Below are positions 56,241-64,000 of a stretch of DNA of 64,000 nucleotides, in pieces. Below the pieces are notes generated by a model that was not told the origin of the DNA, did not search any database, and saw only the letters and a list, made by a program, of their open reading frames with translations. The stretch comes from Eledone cirrhosa (taxonomy: Eukaryota), in NCBI GenBank assembly GCA_964016885.1, contig OZ024745.1, positions 65,038,001 to 65,102,000 of the forward strand. The letters run 5' to 3'. The position numbers and the translations under genes were made by a program. Every line of letters begins with the position of its first letter. Within the stretch, counting starts at the first letter, position 1.

Positions 56241-59200
56241 TTTTATTTGGGTGATCCATTTTTTATTTGGGGGATCCATTTTTTATTTGAGTGATCCATT
56301 TTTTATTTGAGTTGATCCCTTTTTTATTTGGGGGATCCATTTTTTATTTGGGTGATCCATTTTTTATTTGGGGGATCCATTTTTTATTTGGGGGATCCAT
56401 TTTTTATTTGGTTGATCCATTTTTTATTAGGGGGATCCATATTTTATTTGGGTGATCCATTTTAATTTGGAGATCCATTTTTTGTTTAGGTGATCCATTT
56501 TATAATTGGGTGATCCATTTTTTATTTGGGGGATCCATTTTTTATTTGGGGGATCCATTATTTATTTGGGTGATCCATTTTTTATTTGGGTGATCCATTT
56601 TTTATTTGGGTGATCCATTTTTTATTTGGGTGATCCATTTTTTATTTGGGTGATCCATTTTTTATTTGGGGGATCCATTTTTTATTTGGGTGATCCATTT
56701 TTTATTTGGGTGATCCATTTTTTATTTGAGGGATCCATTTTATATTTGGGTGATCCATTTTTTATATGGGTGATCCATTTTTTATTTGGGGGATCCATTT
56801 TTTATTTGGGGGATCCATTTTTTATTTGGGGGATCCATTTTTTATTTGGGGGATCCATTTTTTATTTCGGGGATCCATTTTTTATTTGGGTGATTCATTT
56901 TTTATTTGGGGGATCCATTTTTTATTTGGGTAATCCATTTTTTTATTTGGGGGTCCATTTTTTATTTGGGTGATCCATTTTTTATTTGGATGATCCATTT
57001 TTTAATTGGGTGATCCATTTTTATTTGGGTGATCCATTTTTTACTTGGGGGATCCATTTTTTATTTGGGTGATCCATTTTTTATTTTGCTGATTCATTTT
57101 TTATTTGGGTGATCCATTTTTTATTTGGGGGATCCATTTTTTATTTGGGTGAACCATTTTTTATTTGGGAGATCCATTTTTTATTTGGGTGATCCATTTT
57201 TTATTTGGGTGATCCATTTTTTATTTGGGGGATCCATTTTTTATTTGGGTGATCCATTTTTTATTTGGGTGATCCATTTTTTATTTGGGGGATCCATTTT
57301 TTATTTGGGGGATCCATTTTTTATTTGGGTGATCCATTTTTATTTGGAGATCCATTTTGTATTTGGGTGATCCATTTTTTAATTGGGTGATCCATTTTTT
57401 ATTTGGGTGATCCATTTTTTATTTGGGTGGTCCATTTTTTATTTGGGTGATCCATTTTTTATTTGGGGGATCCATTTTTTATTTGGGTGATCCATTTTTT
57501 ATTTGGGGATCCATTTTTTATTTGGGTGATCCATTTTTTATTTGGGTGATCCATTTTTTATTTGGGGGATCCATTATTTATTTGGGTGATCCATTTTTTA
57601 TTTGGGTGATCCATTTTTTATTTGGGGGATCCATTTTTTATTTGGGTGATCTATTTTTTATTTGGGTGATCCATTTTTTATTTGGGGGATCCATTTTTTA
57701 TTTGGGGGATCCATTTTTTATTTGGGTGATCCATTTTTATTTGGAGATCCATTTTGTATTTGGGTGATCCATTTTTAATTTGGGTGATCCATTTTTTATT
57801 TGGGGGATCCATTTTTTATTTGGGTGATCCATTTTTTATTTGGGTGATCCATTTTATATTTGGGGATCCATTTTTTATTTGGGTGATCCATTTTTTATTT
57901 GGGTGATCCATTTTTTATTTGGGGGATACATTTTTTATTTGGGTGCTCCATTTTTTATTTGGGGGGTCCATTTTTTATTTGGGGGATCCATTTTTATTTG
58001 GGTGATCCATTTTTTATTTGGGGGATCCATTTTTTATTTGGGTGATCCCTTTTTTATTTGGGGGATCCATTTTTTATTTGGGTGATCCATTTTTTATTTG
58101 GGGGATCCATTTTTTATTTGGGGGATTCATTTTTTATTTGGGTGATCCATTATTTATTAGGGGGATCCATTTTTTATTTGGGTGATCCATTTTTATTTGG
58201 AGATCCATTTTTTATTTAGGTGATCCATTTTATAATTGGGTGATCCATTTTTTATTTGGGGGATCCATTTTTTATTTGGAGGATCCATTATTTATTTGGG
58301 TGATCCATTTTTTATTTGGGTGATCCATTTTTTATTTGGGTGATCCATTTTTTATTTGGGTTGATCCCTTTTTTATTTGGGGGATCCATTTTTTATTTGG
58401 GTGATCCATTTTTTATTTTGGGGATTCATTTTTTATTTGGGTGATCCATTTTTTATTTGGGTGATCCATTTTTTATTTGGGTGATCCATTTTTTATTTGG
58501 GTGATCCATTTTTTATTTGGGTGATCCATTTTTTATTTGAGGGACCCATTTTATATTTGGGTGATCCATTTTTTATTTGGGTGATCCATTTTTTATTTGG
58601 GGGATCCATTTTTTATTTGGGGGATCCATTTTTTATTTGGGGGATCCATTTTTTATTTGGGGGATCCATTTTTTATTTCGGGGATCCATTTTTTATTTGG
58701 GTGATTCATTTTTTATTTGGGGGATCCATTTTTTATTTGGGTGATCCATTTTTTTTATTTGGGGGTCCATTTTTTATTTGGGTGATCCATTTTTTATTTG
58801 GGTGATCCATTTTTTAATTGGGTGATCCATTTTTATTTGGGTGATCCATTTTTTACTTGGGGGATCCATTTTTTATTTGGGTGATCCATTTTTTATTTTG
58901 CTGATTCATTTTTTATTTGGGTGATCCATTTTTTATTTGGGGGATCCATTTTTTATTTGGGTGAACCATTTTTTATTTGGGGGGATCCATTTTTTATTTG
59001 GGTGATCCATTTTTTATTTGGGTGATCCATTTTTTATTTGGGTGGTCCATTTTTTATTTGGGTGATCCATTTTTTATTTTGGGGATCCATTTTTTATTTG
59101 GGGGATTCATTTTTTATTTGGGTGATCCATTTTTTATTAGGGGGATCCATTTTTTATTTGGGTGATCCATTTTTATTTGGAGATCCATTTTTTATTTAGG

Positions 59201-62200
59201 TGATCCATTTTATAATTGGGTGATCCATTTTTTATTTGGGGGATCCATTTTTTATTTGGAGGATCCATTATTTATTTGGGTGATCCATTTTTTATTTGGG
59301 TGATCCATTTTTTATTTGGGTGATCCCTTTTTTATTTGGGGGATCCATTTTTTATTTGGGTGATCCATTTTTTATTTGAGGGATCCATTTTATATTTGGG
59401 TGATCCATTTTTTATTTGGGGGATCCATTATTTATTTGGGTGATCCATTTTTTATTTGGGTGATCCATTTTTTATTTGGGTGATCCATTTTTTATTTGGG
59501 TGATCCATTTTTTATTTGGGGATCCATTTTTTATTTGGGTGATCCATTTTTTATTTGGGTGATCCATTTTTTATTTGGGGGATCCATTTTTTATTTGGGT
59601 GATCCATTTTTTATTTGGGGATCCATTTTTTATTTGGGTGATCCATTTTTTATTTGGGTGATCCATTTTTTATTTGGGGGATCCATTTTTTATTTGGGTG
59701 ATCCATTTTTTATTTGGGGGTCCAATTTTTATTTGGGGGATCCATTTTTATTTGGGTGATCCATTTTTTATTTGGGGGATCCATTTTTTATTTGAGTGAT
59801 CCATTTTTTATTTGAGTTGATCCCTTTTTTATTTGGGGGATCCATTTTTTATTTGGGTGATCCATTTTTTATTTGGGGGATCCATTTTTTATTTGGGGGA
59901 TCCATTTTTTATTTGGTTGATCCATTTTTTATTAGGGGGATCCATATTTTATTTGGGTGATCCATTTTAATTTGGAGATCCATTTTTTGTTTAGGTGATC
60001 CATTTTATAATTGGGTGATCCATTTTTTATTTGGGGGATCCATTTTTTATTTGGGGGATCCATTATTTATTTGGGTGATCCATTTTTTATTTGGGTGATC
60101 CATTTTTTATTTGGGTGATCCATTTTTTATTTGGGTGATCCATTTTTTATTTGGGTGATCCATTTTTTATTTGGGGGATCCATTTTTTATTTGGGTGATC
60201 CATTTTTTATTTGGGTGATCCATTTTTTATTTGAGGGATCCATTTTATATTTGGGTGATCCATTTTTTATATGGGTGATCCATTTTTTATTTGGGGGATC
60301 CATTTTTTATTTGGGGGATCCATTTTTTATTTGGGGGATCCATTTTTTATTTGGGGGATCCATTTTTTATTTCGGGGATCCATTTTTTATTTGGGTGATT
60401 CATTTTTTATTTGGGGGATCCATTTTTTATTTGGGTAATCCATTTTTTTATTTGGGGGTCCATTTTTTATTTGGGTGATCCATTTTTTATTTGGATGATC
60501 CATTTTTTAATTGGGTGATCCATTTTTATTTGGGTGATCCATTTTTTACTTGGGGGATCCATTTTTTATTTGGGTGATCCATTTTTTATTTTGCTGATTC
60601 ATTTTTTATTTGGGTGATCCATTTTTTATTTGGGGGATCCATTTTTTATTTGGGTGAACCATTTTTTATTTGGGAGATCCATTTTTTATTTGGGTGATCC
60701 CTTTTTTATTTGGGTGATCCATTTTTTATTTGGGGGATCCATTTTTTATTTGGGTGATCCATTTTTTATTTGGGTGATCCATTTTTTATTTGGGGGATCC
60801 ATTTTTTATTTGGGGGATCCATTTTTTATTTGGGTGATCCATTTTTATTTGGAGATCCATTTTGTATTTGGGTGATCCATTTTTTAATTGGGTGATCCAT
60901 TTTTTATTTGGGTGATCCATTTTTTATTTGGGTGGTCCATTTTTTATTTGGGTGATCCATTTTTTATTTGGGGGATCCATTTTTTATTTGGGTGATCCAT
61001 TTTTTATTTGGGGATCCATTTTTTATTTGGGTGATCCATTTTTTATTTGGGTGATCCATTTTTTATTTGGGGGATCCATTATTTATTTGGGTGATCCATT
61101 TTTTATTTGGGTGATCCATTTTTTATTTGGGGGATCCATTTTTTATTTGGGTGATCTATTTTTTATTTGGGTGATCCATTTTTTATTTGGGGGATCCATT
61201 TTTTATTTGGGGGATCCATTTTTTATTTGGGTGATCCATTTTTATTTGGAGATCCATTTTGTATTTGGGTGATCCATTTTTAATTTGGGTGATCCATTTT
61301 TTATTTGGGGGATCCATTTTTTATTTGGGTGATCCATTTTTTATTTGGGTGATCCATTTTATATTTGGGGATCCATTTTTTATTTGGGTGATCCATTTTT
61401 TATTTGGGTGATCCATTTTTTATTTGGGGGATACATTTTTTATTTGGGTGCTCCATTTTTTATTTGGGGGGTCCATTTTTTATTTGGGGGATCCATTTTT
61501 ATTTGGGTGATCCATTTTTTATTTGGGGGATCCATTTTTTATTTGGGTGATCCCTTTTTTATTTGGGGGATCCATTTTTTATTTGGGTGATCCATTTTTT
61601 ATTTGGGGGATCCATTTTTTATTTGGGGGATTCATTTTTTATTTGGGTGATCCATTATTTATTAGGGGGATCCATTTTTTATTTGGGTGATCCATTTTTA
61701 TTTGGAGATCCATTTTTTATTTAGGTGATCCATTTTATAATTGGGTGATCCATTTTTTATTTGGGGGATCCATTTTTTATTTGGAGGATCCATTATTTAT
61801 TTGGGTGATCCATTTTTTATTTGGGTGATCCATTTTTTATTTGGGTGATCCATTTTTTATTTGGGTTGATCCCTTTTTTATTTGGGGGATCCATTTTTTA
61901 TTTGGGTGATCCATTTTTTATTTTGGGGATTCATTTTTTATTTGGGTGATCCATTTTTTATTTGGGTGATCCATTTTTTATTTGGGTGATCCATTTTTTA
62001 TTTGGGTGATCCATTTTTTATTTGAGGGACCCATTTTATATTTGGGTGATCCATTTTTTATTTGGGTGATCCATTTTTTATTTGGGGGATCCATTTTTTA
62101 TTTGGGGGATCCATTTTTTATTTGGGGGATCCATTTTTTATTTGGGGGATCCATTTTTTATTTCGGGGATCCATTTTTTATTTGGGTGATTCATTTTTTA

Positions 62201-62811
62201 TTTGGGGGATCCATTTTTTATTTGGGTGATCCATTTTTTTTATTTGGGGGTCCATTTTTTATTTGGGTGATCCATTTTTTATTTGGGTGATCCATTTTTT
62301 AATTGGGTGATCCATTTTTATTTGGGTGATCCATTTTTTACTTGGGGGATCCATTTTTTATTTGGGTGATCCATTTTTTATTTTGCTGATTCATTTTTTA
62401 TTTGGGTGATCCATTTTTTATTTGGGGGATCCATTTTTTATTTGGGTGAACCATTTTTTATTTGGGGGGATCCATTTTTTATTTGGGTGATCCATTTTTT
62501 ATTTGGGTGATCCATTTTTTATTTGGGTGGTCCATTTTTTATTTGGGTGATCCATTTTTTATTTTGGGGATCCATTTTTTATTTGGGGGATTCATTTTTT
62601 ATTTGGGTGATCCATTTTTTATTAGGGGGATCCATTTTTTATTTGGGTGATCCATTTTTATTTGGAGATCCATTTTTTATTTAGGTGATCCATTTTATAA
62701 TTGGGTGATCCATTTTTTATTTGGGGGATCCATTTTTTATTTGGAGGATCCATTATTTATTTGGGTGATCCATTTTTTATTTGGGTGATCCATTTTTTAT
62801 TTGGGTGATCC
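55823..62811 (+). repeat. 3,505/3,485-bp tandem duplication (the second copy lacks one monomer)
   Basis: Offset 3505 (55991/59496, 56626/60131, 57423/60928, 57840/61345), then 3485 (58497/61982, 58977/62462). Shared variants include GGTCCAATT, TTGAGTTGATCCC and CCATTATTTATTAGG. Confidence 0.92.
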
Positions 62812-64000
62812 ATTTTTTATTTGGGTTGATCCCTTTTTTATTTGGGGGATCCATTTTTTATTTGGGTGATCCATTTTTTATTTTGGGGATCCATTTTTTA
62901 TTTGGGTGATCCATTTTTTATTTGGGTGATCCATTTTTTATTTGGGTGATCCATTTTTTATTTGAGGGACCCATTTTATATTTGGGTGATCCATTTTTTA
63001 TTTGGGTGATCCATTTTTTATTTGGGAGATCCATTTTTTATTTGGGGGATCCATTTTTTATTTGGGGGATCCATTTTTTATTTGGGGGATCCATTTTTTT
63101 ATTTCGGGGATCCATTTTTTATTTGGGTGATTCATTTTTTATTTGGGGGATCCATTTTTTATTTGGGTGATCCATTTTTTTTATTTGGGGGTCCATTTTT
63201 TATTTGGGTGATCCATTTTTTATTTGGGTGATCCATTTTTTAATTGGGTGATCCATTTTTATTTGGGTGATCCATTTTTTACTTGGGGGATCCATTTTTT
63301 ATTTGGGTGATCCATTTTTTATTTTGCTGATTCATTTTTTATTTGGGTGATCCATTTTTTATTTGGGGGATCCATTTTTTATTTGGGTGAACCATTTTTT
63401 ATTTGGGGGATCCATTTTTTATTTGGGTGATCCATTTTTTATTTGGGTGATCCATTTTTTATTTGGGGGATCCATTTTTTATTTGGGTGATCCATTTTTT
63501 ATTTGGGTGACCCATTTTTTATTTGGGGGATCCATTTTTTATTTGGGGGATCCATTTTTTATTTGGGTGATCCATTTTTATTTGGAGATCCATTTTGTAT
63601 TTGGGTGATCCATTTTGTATTTGGGGGATCCATTTTTTAATTGGGTGATCCATTTTTTATTTGGGGGATCCATTTTTTATTTGGGAGATCCATTTTTTAT
63701 TTGGGGGATCCATTGTTTATTTGGGTGATCCATTTTTTATTTGGGTGATCCATTTTTTATTTGGGGGATCCATTTTTTATTTGGGTGATCCATTTTTTAT
63801 TTGGGTGATCCATTTTTTATTTGGGTGATCCATTTTTTATTTGTGGGATCCATTTTTTATTTGGGTGATCCATTTTTTATTTGGGGGATCCTTTTTTTAT
63901 TTGGGTGATCCATTTTTTATTTGGGTGATCCATTTTTTATTTGGGGGATCCATTTTTTATTTGGGTGATCCATTTTTTATTTGGGTGATACATTTTTTAT

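Larger units (their letters stand above)
1..64000 (+). repeat. Tandem satellite DNA array, 20-bp monomer CCATTTTTTATTTGGG(G/T)GAT, about 3,200 head-to-tail copies, extending beyond both window ends
   Basis: Every line of the window reads as this monomer with occasional substitutions or 1-2 bp indels. Monomer GC is 30% (T variant) or 35% (G variant). The + strand is strongly T/G-rich (10-11 T, 3 A, 4-5 G, 2 C per monomer). No reverse-complement copies were seen. Confidence 0.99.

Noticed and set aside
32-63608. The many short + strand ORFs (60-142 aa) encoding GDPFFIWVIHFLFGGSIFYL repeats
   Set aside because: They are a direct translation of the 20-bp repeat, start at TTG/GTG rather than ATG, have no unique domains and are broken by frequent frameshifts. 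Their openness is explained by the G/T phase.
1-64000. CRISPR array
   Set aside because: The repeats are directly adjacent with no unique spacers, and there is no leader or cas gene.
1-64000. Plasmid or phage iterons, or a Dam-regulated origin (20-bp repeats with GATC)
   Set aside because: Iteron clusters contain a handful of copies next to a rep gene. Here there are thousands of copies and no gene.
1-64000. Canonical G-quadruplex array
   Set aside because: The G3-G5 runs are separated by 15-17-nt loops, well beyond the usual 1-7 nt, so stable intramolecular G4 is doubtful. It is not excluded in G5-rich runs.
1-64000. Per-monomer hairpin or cruciform (ATCCA-N9-TGGGT; GGATCC palindrome)
   Set aside because: The stem is only 3-5 bp with a G-T mismatch, too weak to claim a structure or terminator.
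1-64000. Embedded transposon, inversion or unique-sequence island
   Set aside because: No non-satellite stretch or reverse-oriented monomer (ATC(A/C)CCCAAATAAAAAATGG) was seen on reading through the window, and the ORF track shows only repeat-derived + strand ORFs.
1-64000. Pure sequencing artefact or synthetic concatemer, with variants as random errors
   Set aside because: Rare substitutions and 1-bp indels recur in the same ordered contexts at multiple nested offsets with graded divergence. This fits evolutionary duplication rather than random error, although individual near-identical duplications still need read-level confirmation.
1-64000. The G/T string as an information-bearing code or templated diversification system
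   Set aside because: The pattern is accounted for by duplication of pre-existing blocks, and no associated enzyme gene, template or reading mechanism is visible in the window.

Overview
The whole 64 kb window is one uninterrupted, single-orientation tandem satellite array of about 3,200 copies of a 20-bp monomer, consensus CCATTTTTTATTTGGG(G/T)GAT. I saw no credible genes, RNA genes, transposons, CRISPR spacers or inversions. The ORFs in the track are by-products of translating the repeat. The informative structure is (i) a G/T dimorphism at one monomer position that forms a heritable binary pattern, often with a G-T-T trimer rhythm, and (ii) rare variant monomers that reveal nested higher-order repeats (HORs). 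The HORs include a near-identical 11,759/11,760-bp tandem duplication that contains the junction of an earlier 6,361-bp duplication, tandem duplications of about 3.5, 2.9, 1.85, 1.0, 0.96 and 0.32 kb, and dispersed block copies 14.5, 15.7 and 47.3 kb apart. This organisation is typical of eukaryotic centromeric, pericentromeric or subtelomeric satellite DNA, but neither organism nor function can be determined from the sequence. HOR offsets come from matching ORF-track entries and diagnostic variants read by eye, so boundaries are approximate (about +/-30 bp). I found no evidence for a novel protein-coding system.
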